DNA of 20,430 nucleotides from Armatimonadota bacterium (GCA_039680575.1 JBDKSP010000115.1:1-20430), one strand, 5' to 3'; positions 1-9,015 are shown, counted from the first letter of the stretch. Notes: a model not told the origin generated them from the letters alone. Numbers and translations: made by a program.

Positions 1-147
1 CCAAAATAGCGTAACGGCCCGAAATCCGGCCGATTCTCGACCACAAAGTCGTGCTATCGACCCTCTGTTCGTCGAAAAACGACTCTGATCCGGTCAACAG
101 AGCACAGCTATCGCACTTGGTGGAAGATTTGGGGCGCCCGCGCGTCG

Positions 148-176
148 TTGACTGTGAGTCGGTCCTAAGGTATAAT
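148..176 (+). promoter_or_regulatory. sigma70-type promoter for rpoZ
   Basis: TTGACT (148-153), 17-bp spacer, TATAAT (171-176), 78 bp upstream of the rpoZ ATG; GAGGTG SD-like sequence at 236-241. Confidence 0.8.
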
Positions 177-254
177 TATAAGGTTCAGAAGTTTAACGCA
201 GCCGGGAGAATCGGCTGTTTCAGGAATCTCGGCAAGAGGTGATAATAGAACAAT

Positions 255-689
255 ATGATTTATCCACAAGCAGATCGACTGGAAGACCAGGTCAAGAGCA
301 GATATACTCTGGTAGTTCTTGCGGCAAAAAGAGCGAAGCAGCTTCGTGATGGCGCTTCAAAGCTCATTGAGACGACTTCGACTAATCCGCTGACCATCGC
401 GCTCGAAGAGATCGCAGCAGGGAAGGTAATTCCTGAGGTTGCATCCTATGATGAGGTCCCGTCAAGAAGAATCGAGCCGGAGCTTGAGGCAGCAGCCAGT
501 ATGGAGACAGCCCAGGAAGAGGCTGCCGAGCTTACAGCCGAGGCTCCTTCGGTAGTAGACGAGGCAGCGCGGATAGCTGAACTGCTGAAAGTGCCGGGTA
601 TGGACGAAGAGTCCACCGAAGAGGAATCGGATACAGACGCCGAAGCTGCTTCGGAAGAGGAAGCCCAACCGGGACAGGCGGAGGAGTAG
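255..689 (+). CDS. rpoZ: RNA polymerase omega subunit with long acidic C-terminal extension
   Basis: N-terminal ~60 aa match omega motifs (MIYP..D.L...V.SRY.LV..AAKRAKQL...NPLTIALEEI..GK), followed by an ~84-aa Glu/Ala-rich tail. Confidence 0.93.
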   Translation: MIYPQADRLEDQVKSRYTLVVLAAKRAKQLRDGASKLIETTSTNPLTIALEEIAAGKVIPEVASYDEVPSRRIEPELEAAASMETAQEEAAELTAEAPSVVDEAARIAELLKVPGMDEESTEEESDTDAEAASEEEAQPGQAEE

Positions 690-690
690 C

Positions 691-718
691 TTTTTAGCTA
701 TCAGCATTCAGCTTTGGC
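691..718 (+). repeat. Tandem heptamer array (reverse complement of CTGANNG) directly after the rpoZ stop
   Basis: tttttag ctatcag cattcag ctttggc; AGCTATCAGC (696-705) has an exact inverted copy GCTGATAGCT at 830-839. Confidence 0.65.
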
Positions 719-744
719 TTGCGAATTGCGCGAAAGAATGTATT

Positions 745-767
745 GGCCGGGCGAAGTCCCGGCCTTT
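745..767 (+). terminator. Putative intrinsic terminator or stem-loop after rpoZ
   Basis: GGCCGGG-cgaagt-CCCGGCC, 7-bp GC stem followed by only a short T run (TTTC). Confidence 0.45.
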
Positions 768-1002
768 CTATCAGCATCTTTAGAACCGCAGTTCGTTCCA
801 AATTACAAGTTTTCACAAGTCCTTTCTCGGCTGATAGCTTTATATCGCATGAACCTCCACTTTTTGTTAGCCGCAGGACGGCAGGTCCTGGATAGTCCCG
901 CTCCGCATGAAGCCAGCTCTCAAAGCGTGTAAAATGAGCAGTTTACCTGCTTCTCCGGGCGGGAGAAAATAAATTGAATATAAATCTACGCAATATATTA
1001 GA

Positions 1003-1029
1003 AAGCCGATAGCTGAAAACTGTCGGCTT
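1003..1029 (+). repeat. Heptamer array folding into a hairpin just upstream of dnaJ
   Basis: ccgatag ctgaaaa ctgtcgg (1006-1026); AAGCCGATAG/CTGTCGGCTT form a 10-bp stem with one G-U pair, ending 10 nt before the ATG. Confidence 0.6.
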
Positions 1030-1039
1030 CCCGGTTACT

Positions 1040-2188
1040 ATGGCAGAAAAAAGAGATTATTACGAAGTCTTGGGCGTGTCGAAGACGGCAACCCAGGATG
1101 AGATAAAAAAAGCATACAGGCGGCTTGCCCGAAAGCATCACCCTGATGTAAATCCGGGCGATGAGACAGCTGAAACCCGGTTCAAAGAGATCAACGAGGC
1201 GTACGAGGTCCTTTCCGACACCGAAAAGCGGAGCATGTACGACCAGTTCGGCCACAGCGGGGTAAACGGAGGGGCTAACGGTTATCCACCCGGTTACGGC
1301 GGCTTCTCTGTAGACTTCGGCGGGTTCGGAGACATCTTCGATATGTTTTTCGGCACCGGTGCGCGCCAGACTACGAGAGAAAGACCGGTCGCGGAGCGTG
1401 GAGCGGACCTTCGCTATGACATCGAACTGACTCTTGAAGAGGCCGCGACCGGCGTCGAGAAGAAAATCAAACTTTCCAAGCTGGAAACCTGCGATGTATG
1501 TCACGGTACCGGCGCGGCGGAAGGCAGTTCGACCGAAACATGCCCGACCTGCCACGGTGCTGGTCAGGTGCGCCAGCAGCAGCAGACTTTCCTCGGGACC
1601 CAGGTCAGGATAGTCACCTGTCCGAGGTGCGGAGGCGAAGGGCATATAATCATGAACCCCTGCAAGGAATGCGGCGGACAGAGCCGGGTGAGACGGGTCA
1701 CGGAGAAGGTCGTGAAAATCCCTGCAGGTGTCGATGACGGGACGCGGATTCGCGTTCCCGGAGCAGGCGAGGCCGGAACAAGAGGCGGTCCTTACGGCGA
1801 CCTGTATATCGTCACATTTATCAAACCGCATGATATCTTTGAGCGGCGAGGCAACGACCTGTGGCGCGAGATCCAGATACCGTTCACCCAGGCGGTGCTC
1901 GGCGCAACAATCAAGGTGAAGACCCTGGACGGCGAGGAGAACCTTCACATAGATGCAGGTACTCAGCATGATGAGGTCTATACGCTTCGCGGGAAGGGTA
2001 TGCCCGACCCGCGGATCCACGGCAGGGGCGATCTGAACGTTGTGGTGAAAATAAGGATACCGACAAAGCTCTCGGAAGACGAGAAAAACCTGCTGAAGCA
2101 GTTTGCCGAGATGAGGGGCGAGGATGTCGGCGGTCATGATGAAAAAGGATTCTTTGAGAGAGTGAGGGACGCGCTGGGCGGAAGATGA
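1040..2188 (+). CDS. dnaJ: Chaperone DnaJ (class A)
   Basis: J domain with HPD, G/F-rich region with DIF motif, four CxxCxG zinc-finger repeats, C-terminal peptide-binding domain. Confidence 0.98.
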   Translation: MAEKRDYYEVLGVSKTATQDEIKKAYRRLARKHHPDVNPGDETAETRFKEINEAYEVLSDTEKRSMYDQFGHSGVNGGANGYPPGYGGFSVDFGGFGDIFDMFFGTGARQTTRERPVAERGADLRYDIELTLEEAATGVEKKIKLSKLETCDVCHGTGAAEGSSTETCPTCHGAGQVRQQQQTFLGTQVRIVTCPRCGGEGHIIMNPCKECGGQSRVRRVTEKVVKIPAGVDDGTRIRVPGAGEAGTRGGPYGDLYIVTFIKPHDIFERRGNDLWREIQIPFTQAVLGATIKVKTLDGEENLHIDAGTQHDEVYTLRGKGMPDPRIHGRGDLNVVVKIRIPTKLSEDEKNLLKQFAEMRGEDVGGHDEKGFFERVRDALGGR

Positions 2189-3099
2189 GATGGGCTGAGA
2201 TCGAGGTAGTTGTAACCGAAGAGGCGGCTGACCTGGTGGCCAATATTTTGATAGAAGAAGGATGCGGAGGAGCGGCCATAAAGGGTCCCTCCGTTCGTGC
2301 GTCGGGGCCGCATGAGCTTTCCGATCACCTTCCTGCCGATGGGCCGACAGTTCTCACAGCCTATCTGCCGGTGGATGACCGGTTGGAAGTGAAGCTCGAT
2401 AACATCTGTGACAGGGTGAGAGCACTTCCCGAAACCGGTGTGGACATCGGGCTTGGCGAGATCAACGTGAAGCGCGTAGACGATGCCGACTGGGCGAGCG
2501 CCTGGAAGTCCTTTTTCAAAGCAGTGGAGATTGGAAAAGTCCTCATCAAGCCAAGCTGGGAAGATGTGGAAACGAAGCCGGAACAGGTGATAGTGGAAAT
2601 CGACCCTGGAATGGCGTTCGGGACCGGAAACCACCCTACGACCCAGCTCTGCATGCTTGCGCTCCAGAAATACATTAAAGGCGGAGAACGAGTTCTTGAT
2701 GTCGGGACCGGCTCAGGTGTCCTTGCGATAGCCGCGGCGAAGCTCGGAGCTAGTGAGGTCTATTCCACAGAGAATGATTCTGTAGCCATGGAAGCCGCAG
2801 TCGAAAATGTGCGGCGAAATGGGGTAGATAATAGATTACAGGTGGAGCTTTCGGAGTCTCCGTCGAGCGTACCGGGGCAGTTCGATCTCGTAGTTGCGAA
2901 TATCACCGCAACTATTATCCTTGGGATGGCCGAAGACATCGTAAACGCCGCAAAACCCGGCGGGCTTTTGATAACATCGGGCTTGATCGAGTCCAGATCG
3001 GACGAAGTAACCGGAAGGCTCAGGGGACTCGGTTTCGAGATGGTCGAAAAAGGTGTAGATGACGAGTGGGTCATACTCGTTATGCGTAAGAAACAGTAG
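2185..3099 (+). CDS. prmA: Ribosomal protein L11 methyltransferase
   Basis: [27 protein letters not shown] and DLVVANI motifs; ATGA overlap with dnaJ; conserved dnaJ-prmA-rsmE order. Confidence 0.95.
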   Translation: MRWAEIEVVVTEEAADLVANILIEEGCGGAAIKGPSVRASGPHELSDHLPADGPTVLTAYLPVDDRLEVKLDNICDRVRALPETGVDIGLGEINVKRVDDADWASAWKSFFKAVEIGKVLIKPSWEDVETKPEQVIVEIDPGMAFGTGNHPTTQLCMLALQKYIKGGERVLDVGTGSGVLAIAAAKLGASEVYSTENDSVAMEAAVENVRRNGVDNRLQVELSESPSSVPGQFDLVVANITATIILGMAEDIVNAAKPGGLLITSGLIESRSDEVTGRLRGLGFEMVEKGVDDEWVILVMRKKQ

Positions 3100-3118
3100 T
3101 TTTTGCAGATAAACCCGA

Positions 3119-3235
3119 TGGTGCGGGGGTTCCAAGCCCCGCACCAGTTTCACGGGCATCCATGCACGCAGCCCGATACTACTCATGGGACATGGATGTC
3201 CAAGAAACAGGACCTGGGCATGGATCCCCAGGTCC
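3119..3235. repeat. Cluster of REP-like hairpins sharing an HTCCAWG loop core
   Basis: TGGTGCGGGG-gttccaag-CCCCGCACCA (3119-3146); ATCCATG (3158-3164); GGACATGGATGTCC (3188-3201); GGACCTGGG-catggatc-CCCAGGTCC (3210-3235). Confidence 0.65.
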
Positions 3236-3250
3236 ATCTGAATCCAAACT

Positions 3251-4006
3251 ATGTCAACCAAAAAACAGCTGCACAAGTTTTTTATAAGGGCGGAGTGTCT
3301 GGTTGAAGGCCGGGTCAAAATCGACGGCGCCGATGCAAGGCAGATATATTCGGTCCTTCGTTTAGGCCCCGGAGACAAGTTTGCTGCTGTCGACGGAAAA
3401 GGCTGCATGCTCACCGTCCAAATATCCGAAATAAACGCGCTCGAAGTCGTCGGCGATATAGTCGACACCTGCCCTCTTGATACAGAACCATCCGTCAAAT
3501 TGACCCTCGCTGCCGCTCTCCCAAAAGTAGACAAGCTTGAGTTTGTGATCCAGAAGGGTACAGAACTAGGGGTGGCGAAATATCATATAATATCGACGGC
3601 AAGGACGATCCCGAAAATTGCTCCTGATAAAGTCGAGCGCAAACTTTCCAGGTGGAAAGCCATCGCCGAAGAGGCAGCAGAGCAGTCCTGCAGAGCAATT
3701 GTGCCGGAGATCGAAGGCATCACGCCACTAGATCAGCTCATCCCGTCGATAGCTGATTATGATCTCGCCATCTGTTTCTGGGAGGACGAGAAAGATACAG
3801 GGATTAAAGAAGTTCTGGAGAAACACCGGTCCGCAAAAAACATTCTGATTATTGTAGGACCGGAAGGTGGTTTTGAAGAAAAAGAAGTAAAGACGTTGGT
3901 AGCCGGGGGAGCCGTGACGGCGTCTCTTGGGCGGCGGGTCTTCAGATGTGAGACCGCAGCCATCGCCGCCTCGGCAATTGTCCTATATGAAATGGAGACA
4001 CAGTGA
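3251..4006 (+). CDS. rsmE: 16S rRNA m3U1498 methyltransferase
   Basis: [34 protein letters not shown] and [17 protein letters not shown] motifs. Confidence 0.95.
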   Translation: MSTKKQLHKFFIRAECLVEGRVKIDGADARQIYSVLRLGPGDKFAAVDGKGCMLTVQISEINALEVVGDIVDTCPLDTEPSVKLTLAAALPKVDKLEFVIQKGTELGVAKYHIISTARTIPKIAPDKVERKLSRWKAIAEEAAEQSCRAIVPEIEGITPLDQLIPSIADYDLAICFWEDEKDTGIKEVLEKHRSAKNILIIVGPEGGFEEKEVKTLVAGGAVTASLGRRVFRCETAAIAASAIVLYEMETQ

Positions 4007-5613
4007 AAACTACTTCTAAAGAAGGTGAGCCTGTGAAACTGACTGAGGCGCCTGCGCCGGTAAAGCAGATTAGCTCCAAACAACAGCATATAACCGACAA
4101 CTTAGTCCAGCTTCTGGATGTGCTGCCGCCGAACATACGGCAGTGCCTGGAGCAGCAGGCGGATTTGGAAGACCTGCTGGAGATAGTGCTCGACCTTGGG
4201 CGGCAGGCCGAAGCTCGCTTCCCACTAAGAGTCATAGACCTCTGCGATATCGCCGTGACTGCCGAAGAGATAGATTATGTCGTGAGCCGCGTAGGCCAGT
4301 TCGGCAAGGATAACCGCGCGGGTATCGAGAGGACCCTCCACCGAATCTCCGCTATCCGGAACCGCCAGGGAAAGATAGTCGGTTTGACCTGTAGAATCGG
4401 CCGGGCTGTTTACGGCACGATCGATATCATTCGCGATGTGGTCGAAAGCGGGAGGAGCATTCTTCTCCTTGGCCGGCCTGGCGTCGGGAAAACCACGAAA
4501 CTCAGGGAAGTTGCGCGTGTCCTGTCCGACGAGTTCAGAAAGCGCGTTGTCATAGTCGATACATCCAACGAAATAGCGGGCGACGGGGATATTCCGCATC
4601 CGGCCATCGGGCATGCCCGGCGTATGCAGGTCGCAACCCCCGATCAGCAGCATGCAGTTATGATCGAGGCGGTGGAAAACCACATGCCAGAGGTCATCGT
4701 AATAGACGAGATCGGGACGGAGCAAGAAGCGTTCGCCGCGAGGACTATAGCCGAACGCGGAGTGCAGCTTATTGCTACCGCACACGGCAATTCACTCGAA
4801 AACCTGCTTTTGAACCCGACACTTTCGGACCTGGTCGGCGGAATTCAGACGGTAACACTATCTGACGAAGAAGCCAAGCGCCGAGGCACTCAAAAATCGG
4901 TGCTGGAGCGGAAAGCTCCGCCCACATTCGATGTGGTGATCGAGATTATCGAGGTAGATAAGCTCGCGATACACCATGATGTTGCTAACGTGGTCGATAA
5001 GCTCCTCAGGGGCAACCCGGCGCGGCCTGAGATCAGGGTCCGAAACATCGAAGGCGAGGTTGAGGTAGTCCAGGCGTCGGAGATAGAGGCAAGGCCGACC
5101 GAAATGGCACACCGGCTCGAGCATGAGCACCAGGCAGCGGCTCCTGGAAAGCCGCTGCCTGCAATCATCAAGATATTCCCTTATGGGGTAAGCCGAAACA
5201 GGCTGGAGCGGGCTATACGCGAGCTTCGGGTTCCTGCTTATATCACCAAAGACACAACGGACGCCGATGCGGTCATCGCATTAAAGGCTCATTATCGAAA
5301 AGAACCCGCCAAGCTGCAGGAAGTCGGCACGAGGCAGGTTCCGACTTACGTTGTAAAGAGCAACACTTACGCGCAGATTGCTGGTGTGATGCGTGAAATA
5401 TTCAACCTGGACGGCGGAAACGAAGAAGAGATGGCGCTGAGAGAAGCCGAAGAGGCCATAGAGCGTGTATTGGAATACGGCGAGCCGCAGGAACTGGCTC
5501 CGCAAAACAGCTTCCTGAGGCGATTGCAGCACCAGCTCATCGAAAAGTTCAGCTTGGCGTCGGAGAGCGTTGGGACAGAACCTTACCGCAGGGTCAGGAT
5601 TATAAAACCGTGA
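4003..5613 (+). CDS. Ycf45/SpoIIIAA-like P-loop ATPase with C-terminal R3H nucleic-acid-binding domain
   Basis: [11 protein letters not shown], Walker [21 protein letters not shown], Walker B VIVIDE, ATAHG; C-terminal RRLQH (RxxxH) and S.S.G.EP.R. GTG start overlaps the rsmE stop; alternative in-frame GTG at 4033. Confidence 0.88.
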   Translation: MKTTSKEGEPVKLTEAPAPVKQISSKQQHITDNLVQLLDVLPPNIRQCLEQQADLEDLLEIVLDLGRQAEARFPLRVIDLCDIAVTAEEIDYVVSRVGQFGKDNRAGIERTLHRISAIRNRQGKIVGLTCRIGRAVYGTIDIIRDVVESGRSILLLGRPGVGKTTKLREVARVLSDEFRKRVVIVDTSNEIAGDGDIPHPAIGHARRMQVATPDQQHAVMIEAVENHMPEVIVIDEIGTEQEAFAARTIAERGVQLIATAHGNSLENLLLNPTLSDLVGGIQTVTLSDEEAKRRGTQKSVLERKAPPTFDVVIEIIEVDKLAIHHDVANVVDKLLRGNPARPEIRVRNIEGEVEVVQASEIEARPTEMAHRLEHEHQAAAPGKPLPAIIKIFPYGVSRNRLERAIRELRVPAYITKDTTDADAVIALKAHYRKEPAKLQEVGTRQVPTYVVKSNTYAQIAGVMREIFNLDGGNEEEMALREAEEAIERVLEYGEPQELAPQNSFLRRLQHQLIEKFSLASESVGTEPYRRVRIIKP

Positions 5614-6239
5614 CGGGACGAGGGTTTTTTATATCGCTGGAGGGACCGGAAGGGTCCGGCAAATCTACCCAGATCAGGCTCCTTGCGGCAGCGCTTGAAG
5701 ATCAGGGATACAATGTAGTGGTAACCGCCGAACCTGGCGGCGACCCTGTCGCGCAGGAAATCCGCAGCATTGTGCTTCACAGCAAGTCGGATATTGCACC
5801 TGAAGCAGAACTCCTGCTGTATCTCGCGGCACGAGCCCAGCATGTCCGGCATATCATCCTTCCAGCGCTCCAAAGAGGGGAAATAGTCGTCTCCGACCGC
5901 TATGCGGATTCCAGTTTTGCATATCAGGGTTACGCGAGGGGGCTTGATCTTGCAACCCTTAGGGAATTGAACGATTTTGCGACCGGCGGGCTGGTTCCCG
6001 ACCTCACACTCCTTCTGGATGTGCCTGTCGAGTTCGGTCTGGAGCGCCAGCAGGACAAAAACCGGTTCGAGGCGGAGTCCGTGGCGTTTCATGAGAAGGT
6101 AAGAGCGGGATTTCTCGATCTTGCAAAGGCGGAACCGAAGCGTTGGGCTGTGATAGATGCCACGGGGAGCATAGAAGAAGTCAGGGAACGGGTGATTGAT
6201 GCTGTCTGGAGCAGGCTAATATCAAAAACTCTTACATAA
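5610..6239 (+). CDS. tmk: Thymidylate kinase
   Basis: [12 protein letters not shown]-loop, [26 protein letters not shown] overlap with the upstream gene. Confidence 0.96.
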   Translation: MTGRGFFISLEGPEGSGKSTQIRLLAAALEDQGYNVVVTAEPGGDPVAQEIRSIVLHSKSDIAPEAELLLYLAARAQHVRHIILPALQRGEIVVSDRYADSSFAYQGYARGLDLATLRELNDFATGGLVPDLTLLLDVPVEFGLERQQDKNRFEAESVAFHEKVRAGFLDLAKAEPKRWAVIDATGSIEEVRERVIDAVWSRLISKTLT

Positions 6240-6242
6240 TAA

Positions 6243-6271
6243 TTGACTCAGAATGAGTAAACTGATATAAT
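6243..6271 (+). promoter_or_regulatory. sigma70 promoter for tRNA-Gly
   Basis: TTGACT (6243-6248), 17-bp spacer, extended -10 TG-a-TATAAT (6263-6271). Confidence 0.85.
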
Positions 6272-6286
6272 ATCGCCGTTAGATAA

Positions 6287-6362
6287 GCGGGAGTAGCTCA
6301 ATTGGTAGAGCGCTAGCCTTCCAAGCTGGATGTCGCGAGTTCGAACCTCGTCTCCCGCTCCA
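6287..6362 (+). tRNA. tRNA-Gly (anticodon UCC), CCA encoded
   Basis: Acceptor stem GCGGGAG/CTCCCGC, D arm GCTC..GAGC, anticodon loop CTTCCAA, T loop GTTCGAAC, 3' TCCA; 76 nt. Confidence 0.98.
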
Positions 6363-6427
6363 TTTTTTGTACCAGCTTTTGCTCCACTCAAGAATCAGCT
6401 ATATCCTATTATATGGGGAGTTTTTTT

Positions 6428-6455
6428 CTGATAGCTGACGGCTGAAAGCTGATTG
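6428..6455 (+). repeat. Four tandem CTGANNG heptamers
   Basis: ctgatag ctgacgg ctgaaag ctgattg, flanked by T tracts, just downstream of the minus-strand kinase stop. Confidence 0.8.
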
Positions 6456-6469
6456 CTTTTTTCTGTTCT

Positions 6470-6874
6470 CTATTTCCCGTGGAGATATTTTATCAGGATG
6501 ACCTTGCAGCCGTCGCTGCTGTCGAACTCGATCTTATCCATAAACTTCTTCATAAGCGGGATGCCCCGGCCACGCCGTGAAGCAGGCGGAGGCATATCTT
6601 CCTCAGGTGAGGGGATGCAGCCATAGCCATGATCTTTGACGACGGCTTCCAACCGGTCATCGTAGAGTCGTATTGTTAGCCTGGCATACTTGTCGGGTGT
6701 TTTCCAACCGTGGGTTATGGCGTTTACGCAGGCTTCGAACACCGCGGAGACTATTCCCCATTTATCCTTCCCGGTGAACCCCATTTCAGCAGCGGTTTTC
6801 TCGATGGTTTTCCGGCATCTGGGAAGGTCCTTCATACCTTCGAAAAACTCGATTGCAACTTCCTTAACCGGCAT
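6470..6874 (-). CDS. RsbW/SpoIIAB-like anti-sigma factor Ser/Thr kinase (HATPase_c)
   Basis: AVFEACVNAITHG (N box), VKDHGYG (G1), RGRGIPLM (G2). Start placed at ATG 6874 (GGAG upstream, 11-nt overlap with the STAS gene) rather than 6913. Confidence 0.88.
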   Translation of the reverse strand: MPVKEVAIEFFEGMKDLPRCRKTIEKTAAEMGFTGKDKWGIVSAVFEACVNAITHGWKTPDKYARLTIRLYDDRLEAVVKDHGYGCIPSPEEDMPPPASRRGRGIPLMKKFMDKIEFDSSDGCKVILIKYLHGK

Positions 6875-7217
6875 ATCCGGCTCCATCCCAAACGACAGTG
6901 TCATCGGTGACAATATCCACGAGCTCCTGAAAACCGGCAGTCTTCAGGACGTAAAGCGGATGGCTGTCCTTCAGCGTAAGGACTCTGAGACGCTTGCCAC
7001 GGTTCAGCATATTCGCTGCAGTTCTTGCGATATATTCCAAAACAGCCGTGTCGATGAATGTAGCGGGCCTTATATCCACAGTCAGGCGCTCTGCAGTCTC
7101 CGAAGCGTCCCTCAAAGCCCGTCCGAGTTCACCCGCATTACTCAAATCCAGCTCACCATAGCCGGTAACAGTGACCTCGGAGCTATTACCTTCAACAACG
7201 ATTGTCCCAGGTCTCAT
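6864..7217 (-). CDS. STAS-domain anti-sigma factor antagonist (RsbV/SpoIIAA-like)
   Basis: GELDLSNAGEL, VDIRPATFIDTAVL and VLKTAGF motifs; start placed at ATG 7217, 1 nt after the phosphatase stop, with GGAGG SD. Confidence 0.87.
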   Translation of the reverse strand: MRPGTIVVEGNSSEVTVTGYGELDLSNAGELGRALRDASETAERLTVDIRPATFIDTAVLEYIARTAANMLNRGKRLRVLTLKDSHPLYVLKTAGFQELVDIVTDDTVVWDGAGYAG

Positions 7218-7218
7218 A

Positions 7219-9015
7219 TCAAGCCTCCACCATATCCACGAGCTCGAATGCAACAATAGCCGCATCATCCTGCAGACTTCCACCGGCATGGGACCTGGCC
7301 GCTTCCAGAAGCCCGTCTGGTATCTCGTTCAGCGAAGCGCCCGGGTTCTCTGAAAGGTATTTTATGATGCCTTCTTTGCCGAAAAGTGCGGTTGCATCCG
7401 GCCTGGCTTCCGTTATGCCGTCCGTAACAAGGATAAATACATCACCATGTCTCATTTCAAGAGTCGCTTCCGCGTAGTCGTATCCTCCGAGGATGCCGAG
7501 CACTCGTCCAAGTAAGTCGGGCTCGTATATTTCGCCGTCTGCGGTCAATACTACCGGGGGTTCATGTCCTCCGTTAGCGTAAGTGACCGTTTTTGTGTTG
7601 ACATCGAGCACCGCGAAGAACGCCGTCAGCATCCCGTGGCCGTTACCAGGGTCCTTGCTTAGCGCTTCATTAGCCAGAGTCATAACCCTGCCCGGACTTG
7701 GGTCGAGGTAGGCATAGCTTCGGATGGCGTACCTTGCCGCGGCAACGCGTATCGCAGCAGGCAGACCTTTTCCGGCCACATCGCCGATCAAAATACCTAT
7801 TTTACCGGAACCGAGCTCGAAAACATCGTAGAAATCCCCTCCGACTTCAGCCTCCAGAAGAGCCGGTTGATACTTTACCGCCACTCTGCAGCCGGTGATA
7901 TTATAATTGACTTCCGGCGGGATCAGAGCCTGCTGCAGCATATTCGTTATCCGCCGTTCGCGTTTCAGCAGGTCATCCTGCTTTTTCGCAAACGCCATTC
8001 TCTCGCTTATATCACGAAAGACGCTGATCACACTTATTATCTTGCCGCTCGCATCACGCACGGGAGACGCGCTGACGCTGAGCACTACCTCTTTTTCGTC
8101 CGGAGTGGTGATCGTGTAGCTGACATCCTGTATTATTTCGCCTTGCAGCACCTTGTAAGCAGCCGTCTCTTCGACCGACATCGGTTTTCCGTTTATTCCT
8201 AAGAACGGAAACCTGCTGCTCCAATCGTCAAACGGCTCATCCCTGGATACTCCGAGAATTTGCCTGCCTGCCTGGTTTATCCATATGATATTTCCTGAGA
8301 TATCGATGATAAGCACCCCATCGGTCATGCTGGACATAATTGTTTCTATTTCGGCAGCGCGGTATTCTGCGTTTTCGCGCAGTTGCTCGATCTCCTGCCT
8401 TATGCGTACATCCTCAGTAACATTGACCAGCGTCAGTGCAAATCCACGGGCAGTCCCGACAGGATCGCCGCCGTATCTGATGGGGAAAAGCGTCCAGTTC
8501 CAATAGGTTACGCTGCGTTCCGGCTGGAGTTCGTATATGAAAGGCTTTTCTTTTACTGTATAAGGCTGCCCGGTGCTGCGCACCATCTCGAATATCTGCT
8601 GGTTTTCTTTGTCCGGAAAGAGGTCGAAGTGGTTGCGCCCGATCAGTTCTTCCTTCATGCACCCTGATTCTTCGGCGTAAGCCTGGTTGACCCATACGAA
8701 GTTGAAATTGGAGTCAAGATATGCCAGATTGGCTTCAGTGCAGTTTGCAACGACTTCCGCGATTGCCAGCTGCCATTCGATCTCAGGGCTCAGATGGCGG
8801 GATCCTTCATCAGCTTCAGCTTTGCTTGCATCAACAGCGAACCGCAGGTCCGCCGGATCGATAATTACGATATCGTAATGCTTCGAAGCAAGTGTCTTGG
8901 CAGCCTCTGCAGTAGCATTGACGGATTCGAGTACGCAACCGGCGTTAACCAGGGTCTGAGTCTCTACCGCACCCAATTTATCTCCAACTACCAATACCCG
9001 TTTCAGGTCTGCCAT
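7219..9015 (-). CDS. PAS-PAS-PP2C (SpoIIE/RsbU-type) serine phosphatase
   Basis: Two PAS domains (WVNQAY..ELIGR; DGVLIID..G.I.WINQAG); PP2C motifs VGGDFYD, IGDVAGKG, NGGHEPP, VTDGITEA, QDDAAIV; N-terminus resembles a partial receiver domain. Confidence 0.92.
   Translation of the reverse strand: MADLKRVLVVGDKLGAVETQTLVNAGCVLESVNATAEAAKTLASKHYDIVIIDPADLRFAVDASKAEADEGSRHLSPEIEWQLAIAEVVANCTEANLAYLDSNFNFVWVNQAYAEESGCMKEELIGRNHFDLFPDKENQQIFEMVRSTGQPYTVKEKPFIYELQPERSVTYWNWTLFPIRYGGDPVGTARGFALTLVNVTEDVRIRQEIEQLRENAEYRAAEIETIMSSMTDGVLIIDISGNIIWINQAGRQILGVSRDEPFDDWSSRFPFLGINGKPMSVEETAAYKVLQGEIIQDVSYTITTPDEKEVVLSVSASPVRDASGKIISVISVFRDISERMAFAKKQDDLLKRERRITNMLQQALIPPEVNYNITGCRVAVKYQPALLEAEVGGDFYDVFELGSGKIGILIGDVAGKGLPAAIRVAAARYAIRSYAYLDPSPGRVMTLANEALSKDPGNGHGMLTAFFAVLDVNTKTVTYANGGHEPPVVLTADGEIYEPDLLGRVLGILGGYDYAEATLEMRHGDVFILVTDGITEARPDATALFGKEGIIKYLSENPGASLNEIPDGLLEAARSHAGGSLQDDAAIVAFELVDMVEA

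Noticed and set aside
1..147. Window start, ORF 51..242 and nested short inverted repeats (CTCTGTT/AACAGAG, GTCG/CGAC)
   Set aside because: The ORF has no recognisable motif and runs through the rpoZ promoter; the stems are short and the upstream context is missing.
714..932. 72-aa ORF as cargo (for example a four-helix-bundle gene) between the heptamer arrays
   Set aside because: TTG start with no SD, crosses several hairpins, no family motifs.
690..1039. CIRCE or sigma32 heat-shock element before dnaJ
   Set aside because: No TTAGCACTC-N9-GAGTGCTAA and no CCCCAT -10 found.
998..2137. 379-aa antisense ORF and the other long antisense/alternate-frame ORFs in the track
   Set aside because: They shadow well-supported genes and lack motifs, as expected from GC-rich codon bias.
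3103..3306. 67-aa ORF between prmA and rsmE
   Set aside because: Composed of palindromic repeats and overlaps rsmE out of frame.
5721..5741. Tmk TAEPGG instead of the common TREPGG
   Set aside because: The position varies among thymidylate kinases and the other motifs are intact.
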